A DNA stretch of 64,000 bases. Origin: Desulfosoma sp. (GTDB lineage: Bacteria; Desulfobacterota; Syntrophobacteria; Syntrophobacterales; DSM-9756). Positions 46,509-56,192 of this stretch are shown piece by piece. The position numbers and the translations under genes were made by a program. The stretch is taken from positions 95,163 to 159,162 of the forward strand of contig JBBFKW010000011.1 in NCBI GenBank assembly GCA_037481835.1, written 5' to 3'. The stretch's first letter is position 1. Every line of letters begins with the position of its first letter. Under the pieces are notes generated by a model. It worked only from the letters and a program-made list of their open reading frames with translations. It had not been told where the DNA came from and searched no databases.

Positions 46509-47957
46509 TCAAGGAACGATGTCTAGCACTTCGAGAAACACGCCGTCAAGCCCGACGGGAAGCGGCCGCCTCGCCGTTTCCAATCCCTGCGCATCAAAGA
46601 AAACGAGTTCGTAAGGAACGAAGGGAGGATACAGGGGCTGAACGGTTCCCAGGTAAAACCCCCCGGCCGGATCGACGACAGCGGAAGCCTTGATTTCCTG
46701 GGTGGGGACGGAAACCAAGCGGACTTCCTGGATCTTTCGGGAATCGGGCGCATCCGCCGCCATGAGTACCGTCCCGGCAAGGCGGGATCCCGTCCCCAAA
46801 GCGGCCGGTCGGGCCGCCATCAGAACCGTGATGTCCAGGAAAATCGTCCCGTCTTCTCCGGTTCGAAGGGCCAAGGCCACCGCCCCGCCGAAGGCCTCCG
46901 GGCTCAGGGCGTAAGGGCTCGCCTGATAGGCCCAGCGGGCGGCTTCCGCCTGAACGATCCCTTGCCATGCGGCCGCCGTCAACTGGTCCACCCCCATGGA
47001 AACATCCAGGGGAACGGAGACCTGCAAGGGAGGCGAGAGCACGAGCCAATCCAAAAGCTCCGCCTCCGTCGGCGCAAGGGACGGGTCCGGAGGGGTCGAT
47101 CCTTCTCCCGCCGAGGCCAAGGCTCGAACTTCCTCATAGAGTTTGGCATTCCACAGGACGACGGGCACCGGCTCCAAGGCAAACGGTCCGGGATTTCCGG
47201 TGAGCGTGGAAAGGAGCACGGGAAAGATCCCGCGGCCGGGATCTCGGCGCCAGCGGTTCAGCTGCTGGAAAAGATGGAGTTCCAGATCGTGGAGGATGTG
47301 GGCGCCGGCATCCACGACGAGGACGTAGGCGTTTTGGGGAACACCGTTCACGGTGATTTTACCCGCCCGGCAGGATACGCCGACGTCCCGCACGTAGGGG
47401 TTGAGAAGAACCGTATCCCGAAGATTGGAGGCGGCCAGTTCCCGTGCCAGAACCTGGCGGAACAGGGCTTCCGCCGCCGCCTCGGGCTGGACGAAGTTGC
47501 GGAACGTCAACCCGGTGACGATTTCTCCTTTTTCGACCGCGGGGTAGCCGTGTTCGGTGAAACGTTCCGCCAGCGGCGGGAGATCGAAGGAGGCGCTGCC
47601 GCCTTCCGCCTGGGCCATGAGAGATTCCGCCGTATCGGCCGCGGTGCGGGATAGCGCCTCGTTGGTCACGAATCGCGGCATGCCCTGGGCGGCCAGGGTT
47701 TGGAAGAAAGGCTTTTCCTGCAGGGGAAAGCGCGTCTCGGGAAACAAGGCGGCGATGGTTTCCGCAGGGTGGGCACGAAGGGCTTGCGTCATCTGAAGGA
47801 AGCGCGCTTCCAGTTCGGGAACGGAGTCGGCTCGGGCCGTTCGAGCCCAACCCGCCGGCAAAAACATGAGGCACACGAAGGCGGCGGCCAAGGTTTTGAA
47901 ACCGTGCGCCTTGGTTTTTGCGCCCCGACGGCGATTTGGGTTCTGTGCCAGAATCAT
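46509..47957 (-). CDS. Exported protein with two degenerate CAP/SCP-like domains
   Basis: Signal-like N-terminus; NEALSRTA..ERF..GY..GE..LLNPYVRDVGV; second LNRWRRDP..VLWNAKL. Confidence 0.6.
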   Translation of the reverse strand: MILAQNPNRRRGAKTKAHGFKTLAAAFVCLMFLPAGWARTARADSVPELEARFLQMTQALRAHPAETIAALFPETRFPLQEKPFFQTLAAQGMPRFVTNEALSRTAADTAESLMAQAEGGSASFDLPPLAERFTEHGYPAVEKGEIVTGLTFRNFVQPEAAAEALFRQVLARELAASNLRDTVLLNPYVRDVGVSCRAGKITVNGVPQNAYVLVVDAGAHILHDLELHLFQQLNRWRRDPGRGIFPVLLSTLTGNPGPFALEPVPVVLWNAKLYEEVRALASAGEGSTPPDPSLAPTEAELLDWLVLSPPLQVSVPLDVSMGVDQLTAAAWQGIVQAEAARWAYQASPYALSPEAFGGAVALALRTGEDGTIFLDITVLMAARPAALGTGSRLAGTVLMAADAPDSRKIQEVRLVSVPTQEIKASAVVDPAGGFYLGTVQPLYPPFVPYELVFFDAQGLETARRPLPVGLDGVFLEVLDIVP

Positions 47958-48028
47958 GGTCCCGCCTTTTGTTCTGAAGACTTGGAAACTTCCCCAAAGA
48001 GATTGCGTTGGACGGCGGAAACCTCTCA

Positions 48029-48045
48029 TGCAGAAGGCGAGCCAA
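48029..48045 (-). promoter_or_regulatory. Candidate sigma54 -24/-12 promoter
   Basis: Minus strand TTGGCTCGCCTTCTGCA (GG-N10-GC), about 70 bp upstream of ATG 47957. Confidence 0.65.
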
Positions 48046-48085
48046 ATCCCATGGTGGCCTATCCGTTGGGCGCATCGGGTCCGGG

Positions 48086-48128
48086 CGTTGGTCGAATCCG
48101 ACCAAGGGGTGGTCGGATTCGACCAACG
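48086..48128. promoter_or_regulatory. Tandem palindromic binding sites (putative enhancer/UAS)
   Basis: TTGGTCG-AATC-CGACCAA (48088) and TGGTCG-GATT-CGACCA (48110), centres 21 bp apart; whole element is a 19-bp inverted repeat. Confidence 0.65.
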
Positions 48129-48148
48129 GGGAAAAGCCACCTCGCGAA

Positions 48149-50185
48149 TCAGCCCGAAGGGAGCAAACGGCGGGCGAGCGCCCGGGCTTCGGCGTTTTCG
48201 GGGGAAAGCTTGAGGGCCTTGTCCAGAGCGCTCCGGGCGGCTTCCGTCCTGCCCAACCGCAGGGAAAGCTCGGCCTTGAGCAGCCAGAGGGCGGCGGATT
48301 GGGGCCGACGGGCCAAGGCCGTCTCCACGGCCTTTTCCGCCTCGCCGGGACGGCCGTTTTCCAAGTGGATGAACGCCAGGTTGTGCACGGCATCCACAGC
48401 GTCCGGGTGAGCGGCAACGAACGGGGCCAGAACCTCAATGGCCTGGTCGGGCTGTTTTTGTTCCACGAAGAGGTTGGCCAGGTTGAGCGCGGCCTTTTCC
48501 ATGTTGGGATCCGCGTGCAGGGCTCTTTCGTAGTAGGACCGGGCCGTGTCGTAGAGGCGCATTTTGTGGTACGCCAAGGCGGTGTTGTAGAGCGCCTTGG
48601 GGTTTTCCGGCCGAAGGGCCAGGGCCCGCTGAAAGGCGGGGACGGCTTCCCCAATGAGGCCCCGGCGGGCCAGGCTCAGCCCCAAGTTCAGCTGGGCGTC
48701 GAAACTGTTCGGGCGAAGGTTTAGGGCCGTCTCGAAAGCCTTCTGGGCGCGTTCGTTTTCGCCCCGGTCCATCAAGGCCTGTCCCAAATTGTTGTAGGCC
48801 CTGGCATTGTTCGGATTTCTCTCGATGGCTTCCTGCCACAGCCGCACCGGATCCCGCCAGACCCGGTTGCGCCCATGGGTCGCCGCGCCCAAAGCCACAA
48901 TGGCGGCGACGGCGACAATGACCCCGGCCTTAGGCCAACGTTCGGCGATGAAAAAGAAAACTTGGGCCGCAACCCAGCAGAAGCCCACCGACGGAAGATA
49001 GAGACGGTGTTCGAAAAGGGCGTCCCGGATGGGAAAAAGGCTGGATTCCACGGAGAGCGCGATGAAAAACCAGCCGACGGCGAGGCTGAAAAGCGGGTTC
49101 CGGCGAAGGGCCGCAACCGCCGCCGTAGCGAGGCTCAGGAGAATCAGGGCGGCCACGGGGGTCCAGCCGGAAAGAAAAGAGCGTGTGAACGGGTAGGCGT
49201 AGTCCACGCACTGGCGGACGGGCGCAAGGAGCAGCCCGATATAGAGGCAGATCACGCGAAGCTGGGTGACGGCGTAGGTCCATCGGTCCACCGCCGTGGT
49301 TTCGCGGCTCAGCCGGTCGGCGTCTTCCAGGAGGCGGCCGAGATCGAACCCCGCCGAAAAGACGCCCATGTTGTAGAAGAGAAAACCGACAAAGAGGACC
49401 AGAAAAGGAAGAGAGACGAGAGCCTTTCGGGACCAGCCGCGCCCTGAGCGGTCGAAGACGACGTATTCCACCAAAACGATCATGAGCGGCAGGCTGGCCG
49501 TGTTTTGCTTGCTCAGGAAAGCGAGCAGTCCGGACACAAGACAAAGAAGGAAATAAAAGACCGGGACGGCGTACGGCGAGCCCAGGCTCGGTGATGAGGG
49601 AGCGTCTTCGGCCCGACGGGCCCACAGGGCGCGCCTTCCCTTCACGTAAAACAGCACGGACGCCAGGAAAAACATGGCGGCCACGGCCGTGTATCTCTGG
49701 ACGATGTACGTCACCGCCTGCGTCTGGATGGGATGGCACGCAAAAAGGAGCGCCGCCGTCAAGGCGAACCAGCGGGGCGGGAGCTTCGTCGGGGGATATC
49801 GGCCTGTTTTTTCCAGGGCGCCAAGAAGGTTCAAGGTAAGGGCGTAAACCAAAAGGACGTTCACGGCATGGACGGCGATGTTGACCAGGTGATAGCCGAC
49901 GACATCGAGGCCTCCCCAGGCCTTGTTCAGGGAGAAGGTGAGATCCACCAAGGCCCGGGGGTGCTTCCAGAAAGAGGCCTTGAGCAGAGCGGAGGGGTTG
50001 TCGATTCTGGGGTTTTCCACAATGGAAGAGTGGTCGTCGAAAACGAACGGGACATGAAGGGCGTTGGCATAGCACAGGAACGTCACGACGATGAGGATGA
50101 AAATGTGGAAAAACACGGAACCGATGTTCTTGTTGTCCGGCCGTTCGCCTTTATCCGCTGCGGCATGCTGCGAAAGGGTCGTCAT
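48149..50185 (-). CDS. TMTC-like GT-C protein O-glycosyltransferase with C-terminal TPRs
   Basis: FVFDD, YHLVNIAVHAVN, HPIQTQAVTYIVQR, SKQ, EHRLYLPS, RNRVW..LW, then multiple TPRs. Confidence 0.85.
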   Translation of the reverse strand: MTTLSQHAAADKGERPDNKNIGSVFFHIFILIVVTFLCYANALHVPFVFDDHSSIVENPRIDNPSALLKASFWKHPRALVDLTFSLNKAWGGLDVVGYHLVNIAVHAVNVLLVYALTLNLLGALEKTGRYPPTKLPPRWFALTAALLFACHPIQTQAVTYIVQRYTAVAAMFFLASVLFYVKGRRALWARRAEDAPSSPSLGSPYAVPVFYFLLCLVSGLLAFLSKQNTASLPLMIVLVEYVVFDRSGRGWSRKALVSLPFLVLFVGFLFYNMGVFSAGFDLGRLLEDADRLSRETTAVDRWTYAVTQLRVICLYIGLLLAPVRQCVDYAYPFTRSFLSGWTPVAALILLSLATAAVAALRRNPLFSLAVGWFFIALSVESSLFPIRDALFEHRLYLPSVGFCWVAAQVFFFIAERWPKAGVIVAVAAIVALGAATHGRNRVWRDPVRLWQEAIERNPNNARAYNNLGQALMDRGENERAQKAFETALNLRPNSFDAQLNLGLSLARRGLIGEAVPAFQRALALRPENPKALYNTALAYHKMRLYDTARSYYERALHADPNMEKAALNLANLFVEQKQPDQAIEVLAPFVAAHPDAVDAVHNLAFIHLENGRPGEAEKAVETALARRPQSAALWLLKAELSLRLGRTEAARSALDKALKLSPENAEARALARRLLPSG

Positions 50186-50188
50186 GGT

Positions 50189-52252
50189 TTACCACCGGTA
50201 TCGAAGTTGAAGGAGGACGGTCAAGGGGGGGCCGTCGATGAGGCTGTAGGTCCCCGGAATTTCATAACGGCGGTCCGCCAGGTTGGTTACCGAGGCTGTG
50301 AGATCCAGCTTGGGCGTGAGAAAATCCTTGTAGACGGCGTCCGCATCCACGAGCCAGGTGCCGGGGACCGTCTCTCGAACGGTCCCCCTGGGGTAGATGA
50401 GGCTTGTTTCGCCGAAATAGCGCAGCCGTATGCGGCCGGAAAGGCGCGGCGCCGGGGACCACAGGAGCGCCACGTTCCCGAAGGTTTCCGGCCCGGCGTC
50501 GTAGGGATATTTGAGGTCCACGACGGTTTCTTCTAGGGCGCCCCCCGGGCCCACGATGGAAAATTCCGTGTAGCGGTAGGTTTCGTCCGGGCCGCTGTGG
50601 GTGAAGGCGGTAAGATGCCCCTGCACGGCGAGGGTCTGGGTGAGTTTGAGCCGGGCCGACGCCTCCATGCCCCAAAATTCCTGGTCGTTGGGCAGGGAGA
50701 CGCCCGCGAAGGGGTCTTCCATCACGTGGTCCGCGATTTGGGTGTAAAAGCCCGTCACATCCGCGCTGAACCGGTCGTGGGGACGCCATGACGCCTGCAC
50801 GGAAAAGTTCCGGGCTTTTTCCAGGTCCTTCCGGGATCGGTCTTCCACGTACTGGCGCCCGTAAGGGCTTCGAAAGGACGTGCCGTAGAGAAACTTCATG
50901 GTGAAAATATCCGTGGGGTGCCAGACGAGCCCGAGGCTCGTGTTGAGGCAGTCTTCGTATTCGTTGTGGGCATCGAAGCGCAATCCCGCCACCACGTCCC
51001 ACCAGCGCGTCTTGTGCAGGTACTGGATGAAGGCCGAACCCAGGGAGTGTTCCAGGTTTTTCGTGGCGTAGTCGGGAAGGAAGGCCGTGTTGTCCGCCCC
51101 CAGGAAGTCGGGAAAGTAGCTTTTCCAGATGAGAGCGTCTTCAACCCGGGTGCTTTTGAAGGAGGCGCCGGCCGTAATGAGGCCTCGGCCCGTCCAGAGG
51201 GACCGTTCCACGAGCGTTTCCGCGTAGAGGGTCTCTTCCCGCTGGGAAAGGCTCCGGTCGATGACCCGCGTTTCCGGGGAAAGGGAAAAATAGTAGGCGG
51301 AGGCCTTGAGGGACGTGTCCAGGCCTAGGCGGCTTTGGAAATCGGCCTTGAGATGGCCCAGGGCGTTTTTCCTTTCCTCGATCCACGATTGGTTCTGGTC
51401 GGCTGCGGAGACGGTGTACGGCGACGCGTCCTGGGCGAACCGGCCGGAAAGGGTGAAATGTTCCCCGAGCGTCAGGGTGCCGGAAAAATCGACGGTCTTT
51501 TGCGTTTCCGGGCTTTCGGAACCGAAGCGCTCGGAAGGGGGCGCGGGCCCTCCGCCGGGTCCGTCCCAGAAGCGCACGACGGACGCCCGGTCTTGGTCGG
51601 GGTGCCGTTCCCCCAGGGTGAGAGACCCGAAGCCGGACCAGCGGGCGCCGGCCCCCCCGACGTTCACGTAAGCCTGCCGCGATTCTTCGCCGGCGCTCAT
51701 CAGGGCGCCGGTTTCCACCCCCTGAAAGTCCTTTCCCGTGAGCGGCACCACGTTGACGACCCCGGAAAAGGCGTCCAGGCCCCAGAGCACGGAAGACGCC
51801 CCGCGGACGATTTCGATGCGTTTGACCGCGGCCAGGGAAAGGTCCTGGTCCAGCTGATGGAAACTCTTGGAAACTTCCGAGCGCAGCGGCACGGCGTCGT
51901 AGAGAAAGAGGGTGCTTTCGGGAATGCCTCGAAGATAGGGGCGGGTTCCGTATTCCTTGGGTGCCATGTAAAAACCCGGCTGATATTCCAGGACGCGGCG
52001 AAGAGTGGTGTCGCCCCGGTCCCAGAAGTCCTTTCGGGTCAAAACCTGGGCCACGGCCGGAGCCTTGGCGGCGCTTTCTTCCCGGCGGCTCGCCAGGGTG
52101 AGCACATCCGTGTCCTCGCCGAGAAACAGGAGGCTCGTGCCGTCGTCGAAAGAGGCTAAAGCCGGATCGGCGGCACCGGCCGCGGTCCCGCTCGAGGCGG
52201 CCTGCCACAGAAGGCAGACGGCGATGAGGAATGGGCCAAGGCGGTTTTTCAT
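50189..52252 (-). CDS. TonB-dependent outer membrane receptor
   Basis: Signal, LASRREE..KAPA, plug VKRIEIVRGASSVLWG..GVVNV, VTNLADRRY, C-terminal LRYRW; ATG 52252. Confidence 0.9.
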   Translation of the reverse strand: MKNRLGPFLIAVCLLWQAASSGTAAGAADPALASFDDGTSLLFLGEDTDVLTLASRREESAAKAPAVAQVLTRKDFWDRGDTTLRRVLEYQPGFYMAPKEYGTRPYLRGIPESTLFLYDAVPLRSEVSKSFHQLDQDLSLAAVKRIEIVRGASSVLWGLDAFSGVVNVVPLTGKDFQGVETGALMSAGEESRQAYVNVGGAGARWSGFGSLTLGERHPDQDRASVVRFWDGPGGGPAPPSERFGSESPETQKTVDFSGTLTLGEHFTLSGRFAQDASPYTVSAADQNQSWIEERKNALGHLKADFQSRLGLDTSLKASAYYFSLSPETRVIDRSLSQREETLYAETLVERSLWTGRGLITAGASFKSTRVEDALIWKSYFPDFLGADNTAFLPDYATKNLEHSLGSAFIQYLHKTRWWDVVAGLRFDAHNEYEDCLNTSLGLVWHPTDIFTMKFLYGTSFRSPYGRQYVEDRSRKDLEKARNFSVQASWRPHDRFSADVTGFYTQIADHVMEDPFAGVSLPNDQEFWGMEASARLKLTQTLAVQGHLTAFTHSGPDETYRYTEFSIVGPGGALEETVVDLKYPYDAGPETFGNVALLWSPAPRLSGRIRLRYFGETSLIYPRGTVRETVPGTWLVDADAVYKDFLTPKLDLTASVTNLADRRYEIPGTYSLIDGPPLTVLLQLRYRW

Positions 52253-53640
52253 GAAACCAGGCGCCTGTTGTTTCGCAGGTAGTCGATGTATTGCCGGTAC
52301 AGGACGCGGAACTTGGCCCGTGTAAGCCCCAGGAGCCGCGCCGCGGCGCTTTGGTTGTTGTTGGCCATGGCGAGGGCCTGTTCGACGAGTTCCATTTCCA
52401 GGATTTCCAGGTTGATGCCCTGGGCGGGGAGCTTGAAAGACGCTCCCCCGTCGCTTTCGCCGCCGGCCGAAGGCTTGAGGAAAATTAGGTGTTCCGCCGT
52501 GATCCGCCGGCTTTTCTTGGCCAGGATGCAGGCCCGTTCCATGACGTTGGCCAGTTCCCGAACGTTTCCCGGCCAGGTGTATTTCACGAGGAGATCCATG
52601 GCTCCCGGCGTGATTTCCATGTCCTGGGATTCGAAAAATTTGCCGGCGAAATGACGGGCCAGGAGCGGCACGTCTTCGAGCCGATCCCTCAAGGGCGGAA
52701 GCTCGATGGGAAACACGTTGATTCGGTAAAAGAGGTCCGCACGGAAACGCCCTTCCTGCACGAGGCCCTCCAGGTCCTGGTTGGTGGCGCACACGATGCG
52801 CACGTCCACGGGGATTTCCGTCTGCCCGCCGATGCGCTGGATCTTTTTTTCCTGCAGGACCCTCAAGAGCTTCGCCTGGGCGTCCAGAGGCATGTCGCCG
52901 ATTTCATCGAGAAAAAGGGTTCCCTGGGACGCCGTTTCGAACTTGCCCAGGCTGCGCCGGTCGGCGCTGGTGAACGCCCCCTTTTCGTGGCCGAACAGTT
53001 CGGATTCGATGAGCCCCTGGGGGATGGCCGCACAGTTTACGGGCACGAACCGCTTGCGGTGCCGGGGGCTCATGTTGTGGATGAACCGGGCCAGGAGTTC
53101 CTTTCCCGTGCCGGATTCGCCTCGGATGAGCACCGTCGTGTCTTCTTCGGCCACGGCCTTGACGAGGTCCACGACCCTTTTCATGGCTTCCGACCGGAAG
53201 ATGATCTCCTCGGAACCGCTCATGCGGCGCAGTTCGTTGCGAAGGTCCTTGTTTTCTTCAAGGATGCGGGAAAGGTTCAGGGTGCGTTCCACCGTGGCGA
53301 GGATGCGCTCTTCCTCGAAGGGCTTGGAAATGTAGTCCACCACGCCGTCCTGGAGGGATTCCACGGCGGATTCCACGGTGGCGAACGCGGTGATGAAGAT
53401 GACGGGAATGTCCATTCCGAGGTTCTTCATTTCCCGGAACAGTTCGCGGCCGTCCAGGTGAGGCATGCGGATGTCCGTGATCACGAGATCGTAGGGCCTT
53501 TGAGAAAGCCTATCCAGGGCTTCCCGGCCGTCCTCGGCCTGATCGGCCGTATGCCCCCGGTTTTCCAGCATCATGGAAAGGAGATGCCGCATCTTTTTTT
53601 CATCGTCGACCACAAGGATCCGCGCCATATCACGCCTCAT
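52249..53640 (-). CDS. NtrC-family sigma54-dependent response regulator
   Basis: ILVVDDE, TDIRMP, GESGTGKE, ESELFGHEKGAFTSA, LFLDEIG, WPGNVREL, Fis-like HTH. Confidence 0.93.
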   Translation of the reverse strand: MRRDMARILVVDDEKKMRHLLSMMLENRGHTADQAEDGREALDRLSQRPYDLVITDIRMPHLDGRELFREMKNLGMDIPVIFITAFATVESAVESLQDGVVDYISKPFEEERILATVERTLNLSRILEENKDLRNELRRMSGSEEIIFRSEAMKRVVDLVKAVAEEDTTVLIRGESGTGKELLARFIHNMSPRHRKRFVPVNCAAIPQGLIESELFGHEKGAFTSADRRSLGKFETASQGTLFLDEIGDMPLDAQAKLLRVLQEKKIQRIGGQTEIPVDVRIVCATNQDLEGLVQEGRFRADLFYRINVFPIELPPLRDRLEDVPLLARHFAGKFFESQDMEITPGAMDLLVKYTWPGNVRELANVMERACILAKKSRRITAEHLIFLKPSAGGESDGGASFKLPAQGINLEILEMELVEQALAMANNNQSAAARLLGLTRAKFRVLYRQYIDYLRNNRRLVS

Positions 53641-53643
53641 CCG

Positions 53644-55041
53644 TCACGGCCCGATTTCCTGCAGGGGAATCGTCAAGGTAAAACGGGCGCCGCCTTCCTG
53701 CCGATTGACGAAATCCACCGAACCGCCGTGGGCTCGGGCCACCTGGGCGACGAAGGCCAGCCCCAGCCCCGTGCCCTTGGCCCGCGTCGTAAAAAAGGGC
53801 TCAAAAATGCGGGGGGAGACTTCCTCGGGAACCCCCGGCCCTTGGTCCGTCACGTGCACCGTCCAAAACGGGCCGTCTTGAGAGGTTTCCACCGTGACCG
53901 TCCCGGCCCCGTCGCAGGCGTCCACGGCGTTTTGAATGAGGTTCCCGACGGCCCGCATGATCAGGTCCCGGTCGATCCGGGCCGGCGCGGTATTTTCCGA
54001 GATCCTCGCCTGGATTGCAAGGCCGGGGGTTTCGATGTGCAGCCGGTGCCGTTCCACGACGTCTCGAACGACGTCGTTCAGGTCGCACAGGGTAAAATGG
54101 GGCTTGGCGGGTTTGGAAAAGAGCAGGAAGTCTTCGATGAGGCGGTTCAGCCGGTGGATTTCGTCTTCCATGTATCGCACCAGGATGTCGTCTTCGGAAA
54201 GGGCGAATTTCCTTTTGAGCAAATCCAGGGAGCTCTTGATAATCCCCAGGGGGTTTTTCACCTCGTGGGCCACGACCATGGCCACTCGGCCCATGTCGGC
54301 GAAGGATTTCTGCCGGATCATTTCCTGGTAGGCTTCTTCCAAGGCCCGGCGGTTTTCTTCCAAAGCGTCGAGCATGGTGTTGAAGGCATGGGCCACGGTG
54401 CGCGCTTCCGGGATGGGACTCAACGGAGCCCGCACGGAAAGGTCGCCTGCGGCCACGTCTTGGGCCGCTTCGGCCAGCTTGTGGATGGGGGTGAGAAGGG
54501 ATCGGGCGAAGAGGAAAAAGAAAACGAGGGCCGAGGCGACGATGGCGACGGAAATGAAAAGGAAAGTGATGGCCAAGTCCCGGGACAGGGCTTGGATGTG
54601 GGCGAGGCTGAAGGCGATGCGCACCGATCCCAGGACGCCGGATTCGGGTTCGGCGCCGCCGGGGATTGGGGATGCTGCCACGTCCCCGATCTTTCGCAGT
54701 CTTACCGCCGATTCGCTCGTCGTCGTCGGCCCTTTGAACGGTTTTTGGGATCGCGCGACCACATCACCCCGGGCGTCCAGGATTTCCGCGAACACGAGGC
54801 TTTCATCGCTCATGAGGTTTTCGGCCAGCCTCTGGAGCATGCGGCGGTCTTCGATGAGCAGGCCCAATTCGCAGTTTCGGGCCAGGTTGTCCGCCATGAA
54901 CTGGTTGCGCTCCCGAAAGCGGGCTTCCGTAAAGTCCCGGATCATGTTCAACCCGATGAGGCCGAGGGCGGACACCGCCCCGGCGATGAGGAAAAAGCCC
55001 ACCAGGATGAGGCGCGCCAGAAATCCGAGACGCCGTGTCAT
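53644..55041 (-). CDS. HAMP-domain sensor histidine kinase
   Basis: Two TMs, HAMP, VAHEVKNPL, NLIQNA, DQGPG, FEPFFTT, GTGLGL; ATG 55041. Confidence 0.92.
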   Translation of the reverse strand: MTRRLGFLARLILVGFFLIAGAVSALGLIGLNMIRDFTEARFRERNQFMADNLARNCELGLLIEDRRMLQRLAENLMSDESLVFAEILDARGDVVARSQKPFKGPTTTSESAVRLRKIGDVAASPIPGGAEPESGVLGSVRIAFSLAHIQALSRDLAITFLFISVAIVASALVFFFLFARSLLTPIHKLAEAAQDVAAGDLSVRAPLSPIPEARTVAHAFNTMLDALEENRRALEEAYQEMIRQKSFADMGRVAMVVAHEVKNPLGIIKSSLDLLKRKFALSEDDILVRYMEDEIHRLNRLIEDFLLFSKPAKPHFTLCDLNDVVRDVVERHRLHIETPGLAIQARISENTAPARIDRDLIMRAVGNLIQNAVDACDGAGTVTVETSQDGPFWTVHVTDQGPGVPEEVSPRIFEPFFTTRAKGTGLGLAFVAQVARAHGGSVDFVNRQEGGARFTLTIPLQEIGP

Positions 55042-55976
55042 CTCGCAGCTCCTTTGGGATAATCTAAGAGACGGCGCACGACGTTTTCGTTGACGACGAC
55101 GTCGTAAGAAGGGATGGTCGTGGGGCACTGCCCGGATCTCAGGTAGAGGTCCAAGAGGAAGGCGGTGGCCGCACCGATTTTTTCGTAGTCCAGGACGAAC
55201 GCCATGGCGGCGCCCACTTCCAGGAAATACCGATTGTAGCCGATGGAGGGAACGTTTTGGAACAGGGCCGTTTCCACCACGTATTCGACCAGGGCTTTGG
55301 AATCGATGGCCGGATCCGGGATGATCCACAGGGCGTCCATGTGGGGCAGGCTTTCGGCGAGGCGTTCGGGAACCTTCTTGGGGCCGTCCACGGCGATGGG
55401 CTGCACGGTGATGCCGAGAGTGCGGGCGTGGGCCTCGGCTTTTTGGAGAAAGAGGCGGTTTTCCGCGGAGGAGTAAAGAACGCCGAGGCGGGTTCTCCCC
55501 GGGAGGGTTCGGATGACGGCCTCCAGCTGCTCGGCTGCGGGAATGGTCAAGGCGATGCCGCACGGCGCCGTTTCGGCTTCGGGGAGAAGCTTCATGGGAT
55601 CCAAAACGACCGAAAAGACCCGAGGCCTTCCGGTGGCGCGCGAGACGGCGTCCACGACCGAGAGGGCTTCGGGGCCGATGGCCACGTAGGCGTCCACGGA
55701 CGCTTGGATAAGTTCCGCCTGGCCGGGGCGAAAGTCTCCTTGAGTGTCTTGGGGCAGAGTGATAGGCTGTCGGGCGTGGATGCGGTGTTCGGCCAGGGCG
55801 GCCGTAAGGCCTTTGAGGGCTTCCAGGTAGGGTCGAAGGGGTGCCGAGACGACGATGGCGACGCGCCGGGGGGGCTCGGTCCCGTGCGGGTCCGGGACGG
55901 CCGGAGATCCCGAGCCGACATGCGGCAAAAAGGCGCAGGCCATGAGGAATATGGAAAGAAAAATCGTCTTTTTCAT
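55038..55976 (-). CDS. Periplasmic ABC_sub_bind-type substrate-binding protein
   Basis: Signal; AIGPEA, VFSVVLDP, LGVLYS, DALWIIPD, DYEKIG, VVVN; ATG 55976. Confidence 0.8.
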   Translation of the reverse strand: MKKTIFLSIFLMACAFLPHVGSGSPAVPDPHGTEPPRRVAIVVSAPLRPYLEALKGLTAALAEHRIHARQPITLPQDTQGDFRPGQAELIQASVDAYVAIGPEALSVVDAVSRATGRPRVFSVVLDPMKLLPEAETAPCGIALTIPAAEQLEAVIRTLPGRTRLGVLYSSAENRLFLQKAEAHARTLGITVQPIAVDGPKKVPERLAESLPHMDALWIIPDPAIDSKALVEYVVETALFQNVPSIGYNRYFLEVGAAMAFVLDYEKIGAATAFLLDLYLRSGQCPTTIPSYDVVVNENVVRRLLDYPKGAAR

Positions 55977-56192
55977 GCCGTCCCAAAGCCTGAGTATGGG
56001 GCAGAACTCCCGGGGAATGTGCCCGAAAACGGCCGGAAGCACAAGAGATGAGGCAAAAAGTGCGCCGATCGGGGCCGGATGGTCCTCGCGGGCGCCACTT
56101 TTGGATGGTCGGGAAGGCGTGAGGCGGGCATTCCGCCCAAAGCCTTTCTCGAGCCGTGCAGGGACAAGAAACTACACAGGAGGATGGCTGCA

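Noticed and set aside
7060..55041. PEP-CTERM/exosortase system (ExeA-like ATPase, kinase, sigma54 regulator, TPR protein, glycan genes)
   Set aside because: No exosortase gene, and no secreted protein ends in PEP + TM helix + basic tail
52489..55062. 857-aa plus-strand ORF and other long antisense ORFs (e.g. 3875-5563, 13944-15677, 37594-38865, 40257-41690)
   Set aside because: Shadow frames opposite well-supported genes in GC-rich DNA; no recognisable motifs
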